Shown in pieces: positions 39,954 to 53,583 of a stretch of 55,424 bases of DNA; the first letter of the stretch is position 1, and every line of letters begins with the position of its first letter. Below the pieces are notes generated by a model. The model was not told the DNA's origin, searched no databases, and worked only from the letters and a program-made list of their open reading frames with translations. The DNA comes from a bacterium (lineage in GTDB: Bacteria; JADJOY01), in contig JAXLQJ010000011.1 in NCBI GenBank assembly GCA_046331705.1, positions 62,001-117,424 on the forward strand, read 5' to 3'. A program made the position numbers and the translations under genes.

Positions 39954-41378
39954 ATGAAGCCAAAGGAAGTATTGGAGTTTGCCAAGAAGAACGACGTCAA
40001 GATGGTCGACCTGAAGTTCATCGACCTCTTGGGTATCTGGCAGCATTTCGGTGTGCCCATCAGCCAGCTCAAGGAAGACAGCTTCGACGAGGGCTTCGGT
40101 TTCGATGGCTCGAGCATCCGCGGATGGCAGGCGATCCATGCCTCCGACATGCTCATCATCCCCGACGCCAAGACCGCCCTGGTGGATCCGTTCTCCAAGG
40201 TCACGACGCTGTCGCTGATCTGCAACATCGTCGATCCGGTCACGAAGCAGGACTACTCCCGCGATCCGCGCAACATCGCGCGCAAGGCGGAGGCGTACCT
40301 CAAGTCGACCGGCGTCGGTGACACCTGCTACTTCGGGCCCGAGGCCGAGTTCTTCATCTTCGACCAGGTCCACTTCGAGTCCGGGGTCAACGCCGCCCAC
40401 TACCTGCTCGACTCCTCGGAAGGCCAGTGGAACGCCGGCCGTCCCACCGAGATCGACGGCTCTCCCAACCTCGGCTACAAGCCGCGCTACAAGGAAGGCT
40501 ATTTCCCGGTTCCGCCCACCGACTCGCTCAACGACCTGCGTTGCGAGATGGTGATGGAGCTCGAGAAGGTCGGGATCGAGATCGAGGCGCAGCACCACGA
40601 GGTCGCCACCGGCGGCCAGTGCGAGATCGACATGCGCTTCTCGCCGCTCGTGGAAATGGGCGACAAGCTCATGTGGTACAAGTACATCCTCAAGAACGTC
40701 GCGCGCCGCAACGGCAAGACCGTGACGTTCATGCCCAAGCCGCTCTACGGCGACAACGGCACGGGCATGCACTGCCACCAGTCGATCTGGAAGGGCGGCA
40801 AGCCGCTCTTCGCCGGTGACGAGTACGCCGGCCTGAGCCAGATGGCGCTCTACTACATCGGCGGCATCCTCAAGCACGCCAAGGCGCTCGCCGCCTTCAC
40901 CAACCCGGGCACGAACTCGTACAAGCGCCTGGTGCCGGGCTTCGAGGCGCCGGTGAATCTGGCGTACTCGAGCCGCAATCGCTCCGCGTCGGTTCGTATC
41001 CCGATGTACTCGCAGAGCCCCAAGGCCAAGCGCATCGAGGTCCGCTTCCCCGACCCGTCGTGCAACGGCTACCTCGCGTTCTCGGCGATGCTCATGGCGG
41101 GACTCGACGGCATCGAGAAGAAGATCGATCCGGGCGAGCCGCTCGACAAGGACATCTACGCGCTCTCGCCGGAAGAGCTGTCGAACGTGCCGACGATGCC
41201 GGGCTCGCTCGAGCAGGCGCTCATCAACCTCGAGAACGACCACGAGTTCCTGCTCAAGGGCGACGTGTTCACCGAGGACGTCATCAGCACCTGGATCGAG
41301 TACAAGCGCGAGAAGGAAGTGACGCCGGTCAACATGCGGCCGCACCCCTACGAGTTCACGCTCTACTTCGACGTCTGA
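39954..41378 (+). CDS. glnA: Glutamine synthetase type I
   Basis: [36 protein letters not shown]; adenylylation-site Tyr in DIYAL. Confidence 0.98.
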   Translation: MKPKEVLEFAKKNDVKMVDLKFIDLLGIWQHFGVPISQLKEDSFDEGFGFDGSSIRGWQAIHASDMLIIPDAKTALVDPFSKVTTLSLICNIVDPVTKQDYSRDPRNIARKAEAYLKSTGVGDTCYFGPEAEFFIFDQVHFESGVNAAHYLLDSSEGQWNAGRPTEIDGSPNLGYKPRYKEGYFPVPPTDSLNDLRCEMVMELEKVGIEIEAQHHEVATGGQCEIDMRFSPLVEMGDKLMWYKYILKNVARRNGKTVTFMPKPLYGDNGTGMHCHQSIWKGGKPLFAGDEYAGLSQMALYYIGGILKHAKALAAFTNPGTNSYKRLVPGFEAPVNLAYSSRNRSASVRIPMYSQSPKAKRIEVRFPDPSCNGYLAFSAMLMAGLDGIEKKIDPGEPLDKDIYALSPEELSNVPTMPGSLEQALINLENDHEFLLKGDVFTEDVISTWIEYKREKEVTPVNMRPHPYEFTLYFDV

Positions 41379-41388
41379 TCGGGACCGC

Positions 41389-41469
41389 CCCGTCGCGCCG
41401 AGGCGCGACGGGAGCGACCCCCACGGCCCTTGCGAACGCCCTCGCCCGATGTCGGGCGGGGGCGTTCGC
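41389..41469 (+). terminator. Two GC-rich hairpins after glnA (no U-tract)
   Basis: CCCGTCGCGCC/GGCGCGACGGG and GCGAACGCCCTCGCCCGA/TCGGGCGGGGGCGTTCGC. Confidence 0.5.
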
Positions 41470-41685
41470 GCCTGTGCGGGCCAGTCCGGGCCGGTGCTTT
41501 GTAGCATCGGCGCCGACCTCGCGCATTTTGCTCCAGTTTTGCACGATCGCCTGCGACGCTTGCTCTCGACCGGCCGGGGGGGGCACGCAGGCTCGTCCGC
41601 GCAAGATGCTGGAGTCGAACGGATTTTCGTCCTGTTCCCCACCGCGAGCGGTGGCCTGGTCGTGCCGTGCCGGGAAAGAAAATCC

Positions 41686-41699
41686 GGCATGAAACGTGC
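41686..41699 (+). promoter_or_regulatory. Putative sigma54 promoter
   Basis: GGCATGAAACGTGC (GG-N10-GC), 87 bp upstream of ATG 41787. Confidence 0.55.
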
Positions 41700-41786
41700 G
41701 AAACCGAAGCATGACTGTGTTTCGTACGTCTAAGAGCCAAGCACGAACTTCCATTCCAGACACGCTGCAGTTGCGGGGGACGCACC

Positions 41787-41993
41787 ATGAACGCCATCAC
41801 CACTCAGGCCCAATCCTTGACCCTCCTCGATCTGGTTCAGGCGCTCGGCAGCGTGCTGGACGACGACGCCGCGGTGGCTTCGGCGGTGGGGACGCTGGTC
41901 AACGCCGGTGCCGTCAAGTTCCAGGGCGATCTTGCCGGGCGGCGCGTGCGGATCGTGCCGAGCGCCGCAGCACTGGTGCGCCTCGCCGCTTGA
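41787..41993 (+). CDS. 68-aa hypothetical protein
   Basis: GGGGGA SD; protein-like composition (helix-helix-strand: TLLDLVQAL...DDAAVASAV..LVNAG.VKFQG); codon usage typical of real genes here. Confidence 0.7.
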   Translation: MNAITTQAQSLTLLDLVQALGSVLDDDAAVASAVGTLVNAGAVKFQGDLAGRRVRIVPSAAALVRLAA

Positions 41994-42478
41994 TTCTCGC
42001 TGAACGTCGCGCGCGAAAGCGCGCGGACCCACCGGGACCCACTGCTCGTCCCCGAGCGCGGACCCATGCGCCGCCGCCATCCTCCCTGCTCGCGCCCGCC
42101 CCATCCCATCGCTCGATAGCGCCAAGAAGTCGCTGAGGTCGGCGCGCGCTCGCGTTGGCGCGCGGGTCTTCCTCCGTCGGCCGATCGCCGGTTGGTCGTG
42201 CCGTCTCGGCGCGCCGATCGCGATGCTCGTGCGGATCCGCTGAGCACGCGATCGGCTCGCCCGATCGATCGCGCGGTCTGGTAGACGTGCGCCGCGCACG
42301 CCGTCGACGACCCCGCTATCCAAGGAATGCTGCAGGCCTCTCCGTTGGCTTGAAATGTGCTTTGCGTGACCGAAGCGCCGAGCGCGTGGCCAGTTCGGCC
42401 GGCTCGTAACCGTGGCGCTCGTCACCGGCCGCGGGTGCTTCGGGCAGGTTGCCCGACGGGACGACGGAGGAGCTTGGC

Positions 42479-44623
42479 ATGTCTGGCGGCGCGCTCTTCA
42501 GAGCCCGCCTCGCGGGAGGTCCAGCCGCGGCGTCCTCGCGGCATGGTCCGTCCGGCGGCACGTGGGGTGCGGCGCGCCGCGCGGTGGTCGCGCGGCTGGC
42601 GCTCGGGCTCGTCGTGTCCTGGGCCGTGGGGCCGGGAACCGTCGAGGTCCGTGCCGAGCCGAGCCAAGAAGAGGAAGCCAGCGCCGTCGGCAGCGATGCC
42701 GAGGCGCTCTACTTCACGGACGTGCCCTCGGTGTACTCGGCCTCGAAGTTCGAGCAGCCGATCCTCGAAGCGCCGTCCGCCGTCACGATCGTCACCGCCG
42801 AGGAGATCCGCCGCTTCGGCTATCGAACGCTCGCGGAGATCCTGGCGAGCGTTCCCGGCTTCTATCTCAGCTACGACCGCAACTACACGTACGTCGGCGT
42901 GCGCGGGTTCCTGCGCCCCGGTGACTACAACACCCGGGTGCTGTTGCTTCTCGACGGCCACCGGCTGAACGAGAGCTTGTACGGGACCGTTCCGCTCGGG
43001 ACCGATTTCCCGGTGGACGTCGATCTGATCGCGCGAGTGGAGGTGGTTCGCGGGCCCGCTTCGGCGCTCTACGGGACGCACGCGTTCTTGGGAGTGATCA
43101 ACGTCATCACCAAGCGTGGGCGCGACTACGAGGGAGTGGAGGGTGCGGGCGCCTACGGCGGTCGCGACACGGCGAAAGCGCGCGTCACGGCGGGCGGCCG
43201 CGTCAGCGGAACGGGTGAGGCCCTCGCCTCGCTGAGCTACTACCGCAGCGGCGGGCGTCGCTCGCTCTCGTTCCGCGAGCTCGCGACGCCCCCCGACACG
43301 ACCGTCACCGTGCGCAACGCGGACGAGGATCAGTCGCTGCAGGCGTTCGCCAAGCTCGGGGGAGCGGACCTCGAGGTCGTGGTCGGTCACGGCGCGCGCC
43401 AGAAAGAGATCCCGACGGCCGCCTACGAGACGGTCGTGGACGCGGGTCTGTTCCGCACCGACGACCAATTCGACTTCCTCGACGTCCTCTACCGGCCGAC
43501 GCTCGCGCAGCCGTACTCGCTCTCGCTGCGGGGGGCGTTCGACGCCTACCGCTACAGCGGGGATTACCCGTACGCCGCCGACCCCGCTGCCGAGGACCCG
43601 AGCGCCCTGGTGATGAATCGTGATCTCGCGGACTCCCAGCGCGTCCGCACCGAGGCGATCTTCGCGTGGTCGCTCGCGGGCCGGAACCAGCTCTTCCTGG
43701 GCGGGGACCTACGTTTCGAGTACCGGCAGTTCCTGCGCAACTTCGACGAGGAGCCACGGGTCGTCTACACGGACGTGGTGCACGACGAGCTCGACTGGGG
43801 CGTGCTCGTGCAGGACGAGCTTCGAATCGCGCCCGAGCTGTTGCTCAACGTGGGCGTGCGCTTCGACCAGGAGGACAGTGCCGGCGAGCGCTGGAGCCCG
43901 CGCGGTGCGGTGGTTTACGAGCCGCTCGCGGGCACGAGCCTCAAGCTGCTCTACGGCGAGGCCTTCCGGGCGCCCAACTTCTGGGAGATCTCCTACCGCT
44001 TCACCGGCATGACCCAGCCCACCCGGCGGGTTCGGCCGGAGGTGCTGCGGTCGCTGGAGCTGGTCGTCGAGCAGTCCCTCGGCGCCACCATCAAGGGCTC
44101 GCTCTCCGGGTATCGCTATCGCATCGACGACCTGATCAACCTGGGCCCGAGCGGCGAGCTTGGCGACGCCAGCATCGGCAACGCCGGCAACGTCGAGACC
44201 ACCGGGCTCGAGCTCGCGCTCGCGTGGCGCCCAACCGCCGAATGGCAGATCGGCGCGAGCTACGGCTTCCAAGACGCCGAGGTATCGGAGCCCGCGCCGG
44301 CGGAGCTCGTGAAGGTGCCGCATCACCTCGCCAAGCTCGGCGTGTCGGTGCCGCTCCTCGACGGCGCCGTGGTCTCGGGCAGCGAGCTGCAATACGTGGG
44401 CGAGCGCAGCTCGCTCGCGGGGCGCACCTCCGCCGACTACGTGCTCGTGAACCAGACGTTCTCGAGCACCACCTTGGTGCGGGGGCTCTCGACCTCCGTG
44501 AGCGTCTACAACCTCTTCGACCAGCGCTACAGCGACCCCGCGTCCCTCGACCACACGCAGCAGTTCATCCAGCAGGACGGTCGAACGGTGTGGTTCCGCC
44601 TGGGCTACGGGGTCGACTGGTGA
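42479..44623 (+). CDS. TonB-dependent outer-membrane receptor
   Basis: Plug motifs VYSASKF.Q...APSAV, RVEVVRGPASALYG..A..GVINVITK; C-terminal NLFD..Y...GRT. Confidence 0.95.
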   Translation: MSGGALFRARLAGGPAAASSRHGPSGGTWGAARRAVVARLALGLVVSWAVGPGTVEVRAEPSQEEEASAVGSDAEALYFTDVPSVYSASKFEQPILEAPSAVTIVTAEEIRRFGYRTLAEILASVPGFYLSYDRNYTYVGVRGFLRPGDYNTRVLLLLDGHRLNESLYGTVPLGTDFPVDVDLIARVEVVRGPASALYGTHAFLGVINVITKRGRDYEGVEGAGAYGGRDTAKARVTAGGRVSGTGEALASLSYYRSGGRRSLSFRELATPPDTTVTVRNADEDQSLQAFAKLGGADLEVVVGHGARQKEIPTAAYETVVDAGLFRTDDQFDFLDVLYRPTLAQPYSLSLRGAFDAYRYSGDYPYAADPAAEDPSALVMNRDLADSQRVRTEAIFAWSLAGRNQLFLGGDLRFEYRQFLRNFDEEPRVVYTDVVHDELDWGVLVQDELRIAPELLLNVGVRFDQEDSAGERWSPRGAVVYEPLAGTSLKLLYGEAFRAPNFWEISYRFTGMTQPTRRVRPEVLRSLELVVEQSLGATIKGSLSGYRYRIDDLINLGPSGELGDASIGNAGNVETTGLELALAWRPTAEWQIGASYGFQDAEVSEPAPAELVKVPHHLAKLGVSVPLLDGAVVSGSELQYVGERSSLAGRTSADYVLVNQTFSSTTLVRGLSTSVSVYNLFDQRYSDPASLDHTQQFIQQDGRTVWFRLGYGVDW

Positions 44624-45549
44624 GACCGCGGCGCGTCCGCGCATCGCTCGCCGCGCTCGCCGCCGTGGTGCTCGGGGCACCGGCGCCGGCGCGCGCGGCC
44701 GCCGACGTGGTTGCGTTCGGGTTCCAAGGCGGCGAGGTCGAGCAAGCCGTCCTCGACGGCCTGCGCGCGGGCTTGGCGCGGCGACCGCTCACGCTCGAGA
44801 CGCGGGTGGTGCCGCTCGCGCCGGAAGCGGCACGGGCGGCGGTGACACGCGCCGTCGGCGAGGGTGCGCGGGTGCTGCTGACGGCGGGACCGCGCGCCAC
44901 CGAGGCCGCGGTGGCTGCGGCCGGAAGCGTTCCGATCGTGAGCACCCTCGTCCTCGGCGGCTCGGTCGCGGCACCGCGCGGCAACCTGACGGGGGTGAGC
45001 CTGGATTTCCCCGTCGATGTCCAGGTCTCGTGGCTCGTGCGATTGCTGCCCGATCGCAAGGTCGTCGGCCTGCTCTACGATCCCGCCCAGAACCAGCATC
45101 GCGCCGATGCCTTCGTCCGCGCGCTCACGGCCCGCGGGCTGACGCCGGTGGTGCGCGAGGTCGGCACGCCCGCGGAGCTGCCGGAAGCGTTGCGCGTGAT
45201 CACCAATCGCGCCGAGGTGCTGCTCGCGCTGCCCGACACGGTGGTGCTGTCGCGCGAGACGTCGCAAGCGCTGCTGCTGGCATCGTTCGAGAACCGGGTG
45301 CCGTTCGTGGGGCTTTCCGAGGGCTGGGTCAAGGCGGGCGCGCTGTACTCCCTCGAGCGCGACTATCGCGACGTGGGGCTGCAGGCGGCCGAGATCCTCG
45401 CCCGTGTGCTCGGCGGCGAGGCGCCCTCGTCGATCCCCATCGTGGCACCGCGGCGCGTGGTCTACGTGCTCAACCGGCGCACGGCGGAGCAGATGAAGAT
45501 CAAGCTCGATCCCACGCTGGTCGCGGGCGCGGCGCGGGTGATCGAATGA
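44620..45549 (+). CDS. Periplasmic ABC-type substrate-binding-like protein
   Basis: Signal peptide; NLTGVSL, VGLLYDP, GALYSL..DY..VG.QAA, LN.RTA; GTGA overlap with the receptor gene. Confidence 0.85.
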   Translation: MRPRRVRASLAALAAVVLGAPAPARAAADVVAFGFQGGEVEQAVLDGLRAGLARRPLTLETRVVPLAPEAARAAVTRAVGEGARVLLTAGPRATEAAVAAAGSVPIVSTLVLGGSVAAPRGNLTGVSLDFPVDVQVSWLVRLLPDRKVVGLLYDPAQNQHRADAFVRALTARGLTPVVREVGTPAELPEALRVITNRAEVLLALPDTVVLSRETSQALLLASFENRVPFVGLSEGWVKAGALYSLERDYRDVGLQAAEILARVLGGEAPSSIPIVAPRRVVYVLNRRTAEQMKIKLDPTLVAGAARVIE

Positions 45550-45583
45550 GACGCCTGGGCGTGGAAGACGCGGGAGGATTCCC

Positions 45584-48940
<3,357 letters not shown>

Positions 48941-48961
<21 letters not shown>

Positions 48962-51900
48962 GCGACGCCTGCTGCTCGCGAGCCGCGCCAGCGCCAGCGA
49001 CGCCACCACTCCCAGCGCGCGGACCGGTGCGCCCGACGGCGGCACCACGCCGCCGCACAGGTCGCCGCACGGCGGCGGGGCTTGAGCGGGTGCCTCGAGC
49101 TCGAGCAGGTAGGCCACCAGCTGGTCGATCGCCGTGCTGCTCAGCTGCGAGGTGTGCCCGTGGCGGTCGCTGGGATTCGCGGTGGTGAGCACGTCGCGCA
49201 GCGTCTCCGCCGAGCCGTCGTGGAGGTAGGGCGCGGTCTCCCACACGCCCTCGAGCGTGGGCGTGTCGATGCCCGTGAGCGGGGCACCCAGGCGATGCCC
49301 CGAGCTCGGCTGGATCGTGCCCACGTCGTGCAGCACGTACGGGATGGCGCACGCCGAGCTGTCGGTGAGGCGGCTGCCGGCGTGGCAATCGGCGCAGCCG
49401 GTTTCGCTGCTGCGGAAGATCGCCTCGCCAGCCTTGGCCTCGTCGGTCATCGAGCCATCGGGGTTGCGGTACGGGCTCGGGTGTACCTTCTTGAGCGAGT
49501 TGACGTAGGTCGTGAGCTGGTCGAGCTCGCCGCTCTTGAAGACCTTCGGATCGCCGAGCGGCTGGGAGCGCGTGCCCTGGAAGTACACGGCGTCCGTCAT
49601 GAAACCCTTGCCGCCGAACGCGTTGCGGATGTCGCCCTCGAAATCCTGGATCTCGTCGAAGTTGGCGCTCCAGTGGACCGGGCCGTGGCCCATGCCCGCG
49701 CGTCCGCGCAGCATGATCGTGTTGCGGAAGCCCTCGCCGCGATCGGTGAAGTCGAAGGTGCGCTGGTCGGACCCGCCGTCCAGGTGACAGGTGGCGCAGG
49801 AGAGATAGCGGTCGCGCGACATGCGCTCGTCCGCGGCGTCGTAGAAGATCTGCTTGCCGCGCACGGTGCCGGGATCGAGCAGCTCGTGGGCAACGGTCTT
49901 GATGGTCGCGAGGGTGGGGATGGAGTTGGTGCCACCCACCTGCGACACGTCGAGGACGCGTACGTCGCGCGACATGTAGTCGTGGACGAAGAGCCGCTGG
50001 CGGGCCGCGTCGTACGCGAGGCCGAGCGGTGCGAGCCCGACACCCTCCTGCGCGGTGATCTTGGCGCCGCTGTAGGCGTCGACCACGTCCACCGCGTTCG
50101 AGCCGAGGGTGCTCACGAACGCATAGTCGCCGAGCGGGCTGAACGCGACGGCGGAGGGCAACGAGCGATTGTCGAGGTCGATGCGCTCGCCGAGCAGCTC
50201 GGTGTCGCCCTCGAGGTCGATGCGCGAGACGATGGCACGCACGGTGCTCTCGAAGGTGAGCGCCTCGCCGGTCCGGAAGAGTCCGCGCACCACGTTGTCC
50301 TTCTTGGACGGCACCCACAGCCGGCGTCCGTCGGGCGAGAGCGCCAGCGACAGCAGGTAATTCGGGACGCCGCGGCCGCTCGATTCGGTGTCGGGACCGG
50401 GATCGATCGCCAGCGCGAAGCGCCGCGACTCGGCGAGGCTCGCGGCGTCGAGCTCCACCACCTCGCCGTGGTCGACGGGCGAGACGAAGCGCCCCACGAA
50501 GAGTCGCCCACCGTCGCCGCTCAGCGCGAGCCCACGCGGCGGACCGCCGATCGAGGCGCGCGCGATCACCGCGCGGGTCGCGACGTCGAGACGCACGACC
50601 TCCTCGCTGGCTTCCAGCGTCACGTAGGCGTCGTGGCCCGACGGCGAGATCAGCACGTCGTGGGGACGCGCCGCGCGCGGCAGCGTCACGGTCTCGAGCA
50701 CGTGAGCGTCGGATGCGTCGAGGATGGTGAGCGTCGCGTCGTCGGAGCTCGCGACCCACACCTCGCCGCCGGGCGTGAGCGCCACGCCGCGGGGATCGGC
50801 GCCCACCGGCGACTCGAGAACCTTGGTGAGCGTCGCGGCGTCGATGAGCGCCACGGTGTCGGCGTCGGGGTTCACCACCCAGGCGCGATCGCGGCTCGCA
50901 TCGAGCACGATGCTCGCAGCCGAGGCAGGCGCGACCGAGGTCAGCGGGTGATGCACGGTGTGACGCGTGGTGGCGGTGTTGACGACCGAGCCGTCGTTGG
51001 CGCGCACGATGACGCTGTAATGACCAGCGTTCGGGAAGGCGTGCGCGATCGATGGGCTGCTCGCGTAGGGTGTCGCCGGCGTGCCGTCTCCGAAGTCCCA
51101 CGAGTAGACGAGGCTCGGGCCGGTGCACTGGGCCTGGAACGTGACCGACTGGTTCACCACCGACGCTGCCGGGTGTAGCGGCGGATCGCACGCGACGGGC
51201 GTGAGCTCGGGGCCGGTCGAGAAGAACGCCACGAAGTCGCTGCTGGTGGCGTTGCCCGCCACGTCCCGAACGCCTCCCGCGGGAATGCGGACACGGTAGG
51301 TGGCGTCGGGATCGAGCGGCGTGGCCGGCGCGAAGTTCACGATGCCGGTCTGGCCGCTGTACTTCCCGGCGACGGCGCCACCGCCGACCTTCTCGACGAT
51401 GAACGTGGTCGCGGTGACGGTGCGCAGATCGATGGCGTCGGTGAAGGTGACGCCCACGCGACTGGTGACGGGTTGCCCGGTGGCGTTGGCGGGTGGGTTG
51501 AGCATGTTGACGACCGGCGGCGTCGTGTCCGGCGCGGATTGGTGCGGCATGATCCGGGTGCCGTAGCCGTGGTCGTCGCTCAGGACCGCGAGGTTGCCGA
51601 TCGCCGAGACGAAGTCGAGGTCCACCTCGGGCTCGGTGAAGTCACCCGTGCCGAGCACCGGCAGGAACACGCTCGCCAGATCGAGCTTGTGGTAACCGAG
51701 CCCGCTCACGCCCAGGTGCGCCTTGTTGTCCTGCACCGTGAGATAGCCGCCCTTGTCGAGGAGGAATTTGCCGGCGGTGAAGGTGATCTGGGACGGGTTG
51801 GCGATCGAGAACACCTGGAGGCCGTTCGAGAGCGCCGAGCCTGCGAGCAAGATCCGGTCGCCGTTCACCATGGCGCTGTACTGGATCTTGGTGTTGTCGG

Positions 51901-52633
51901 TGTCGAGAAGCGCGGGATGCGCCGGATCGCCGATGTCGAGCGTCGCGAGCCCGGGCACGTCGTTGCCCGCGACCACCAGCAGGTTGCCGATCGCGAACAC
52001 GCTGCCGGCGCGCTGCATTCCGAGCTGGCTCACGGGCACCTGGTCGAGCACCGTCGGATTCGCCGGATCGGTGGCATCGACGATGAAGAGCCCGCGGCTC
52101 GAACCGCTCACGTAGACGTAGGGCGCTTGCCAGAAGAGCCACCAGACACCGTTGTCGTAGTCGCTCGGCTCGATGCCGGGCAGCACCAGCTCCTTGATCT
52201 TCACGGGATTGCGGACGTCGCTCCAATCCCAGAAGACGATGCCGTAGCTGCCCTGGGTCACGGCGTATAGCCCGGGGTAGCTGTACGAGAAGCCCATCGA
52301 GTGGCCTTCGCGGATGTCCGGATCGAAGACCGTGTGGACGTGCGCCGGTGCGTACGGATTCGAGATGTCGTAGAAGGCGAAGCCGCCGTCGTGGGTGTTG
52401 TCGGCGAACGGGATCACCAGGTAGCCGTCGTGCATCACCGCCGTGCCGTGCTCGGTGGGAGCCTCGGGACCCTGGATGGTGCCGATGATGTGGAACACGT
52501 CGCTCGGCGGGTAGGCGAGGTTGGGCACGCCGGGGCCCGACGCACGCGCCGGTTCGGTCGCGAGCCACGCGATCCAGGCGACGGCGAAAACGCGGCCGAG
52601 CCGCGCGCAAACCAGCGTTCTCCGAGTGGGCAT
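48941..52633 (-). CDS. Large surface protein: LVIVD-like propeller + Big_5 Ig + PKD + YVTN-like propeller + diheme CcP/MauG-like domain + C-terminal anchor
   Basis: Signal peptide; repeated [12 protein letters not shown]...[33 protein letters not shown] and TPTL...TAPYLHDGS. Start 52633 or 52666. Confidence 0.88.
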
Positions 52634-52818
52634 GGCGAGACTCACTCGGGTGTGTTTCACACCCAATGGAAGGAGGTGAGGCGGACGTCACCGATCGTAC
52701 GTGCTCGCGCCCGATCCGCGCAACGCCGCGAGTCGCGCCGCGGCTCGCGCTGCGCGGGGACGCGGCTGCGGGACGTCGCGGGCCGGCGCGACGCCCGCGC
52801 GTACGTGGTGCCTCGCGC

Positions 52819-53397
52819 TCACCCGCGCTGAACGAAGAAATCGAGCGCGGCCAGCGCGCCGAAGAGAAAGAAGAGCGCGGCGGCGCCACGTCGGATGGCG
52901 CGCTTGGGGAGGCGCTCCGCGAGTCGTTCGCCGAGCAGCACGGCGAGGCCGTCGGCGACCACCATGGCGAGGGTCGCGCCCGCCGTCACCGCCGCGATCG
53001 AGTCGTACTTCGCCGCCAGCCCGATGGCCGCGAGCTGCGTCTTGTCGCCCAGCTCGGCGACGAAGAAGAGTGTCGCGCTGGTCCAGAAGGCGCCGCGCGA
53101 CGAGCTCGGCGCGGCGCTTTCGTCTTCCTCTTCCTCGCCGAGCAGCGTCCAGAGCCCGAAGCCGATGAAGGTCACGGCGACGCCCAGGCTCAACGTCCGC
53201 CTGTCCACGTGGGTCCCGATCCAGACCCCCAACGTGGTCGCGAGCAGGTTGAGGACGACCGTCGCGGCGGCGATCCCGCCGAGAACCGCGCCCGGCTTGC
53301 GAAATCGCGTCGCCAGCGAGAACGCGAGCAGCTGCGTCTTGTCGCCCATCTCGCTCGCGAACACCAGCGCGAACGAGGCCAGCAGCGCTTGGATCAC
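52819..53397 (-). CDS. TMEM165/GDT1 (UPF0016) Ca2+/Mn2+ transporter
   Basis: Two signature motifs, EMGDKTQ and ELGDKTQ; acidic central loop. Confidence 0.95.
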   Translation of the reverse strand: MIQALLASFALVFASEMGDKTQLLAFSLATRFRKPGAVLGGIAAATVVLNLLATTLGVWIGTHVDRRTLSLGVAVTFIGFGLWTLLGEEEEDESAAPSSSRGAFWTSATLFFVAELGDKTQLAAIGLAAKYDSIAAVTAGATLAMVVADGLAVLLGERLAERLPKRAIRRGAAALFFLFGALAALDFFVQRG

Positions 53398-53583
53398 GTT
53401 CTCGTCTCCGCTCGCGGCGTCTCACGGCGCTCGTTGGGCGCCGGCAGTCCGCGGGTGCGGGAGCATAGAGCGCCCGCGGTGCGCTGCAACCCGTGGCCGG
53501 CGGGACGTGCGTGCAGCGCGTCGTGCGGGTTGGCGGGTCGGGCGGGCGTGGAGGAGAATCGGCCCGCCGTGGAGGAACGAGCG

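Noticed and set aside
41994-42478. ORFs or ncRNA in the ~480-bp gap before the TonB receptor
   Set aside because: Only low-complexity ORFs and generic GC hairpins are present, with no recognisable motif.
52799-52812. Minus-strand GGCACCACGTACGC as a sigma54 promoter for the giant diheme protein
   Set aside because: The spacing fits but the -12 element lacks TT. It is too weak to call in GC-rich DNA.
53398-53583. Possible yybP-ykoY Mn riboswitch upstream of the UPF0016 gene
   Set aside because: I could not find the conserved GGGGAGUA or GACC-type segments on the minus strand. An Rfam scan would settle it.
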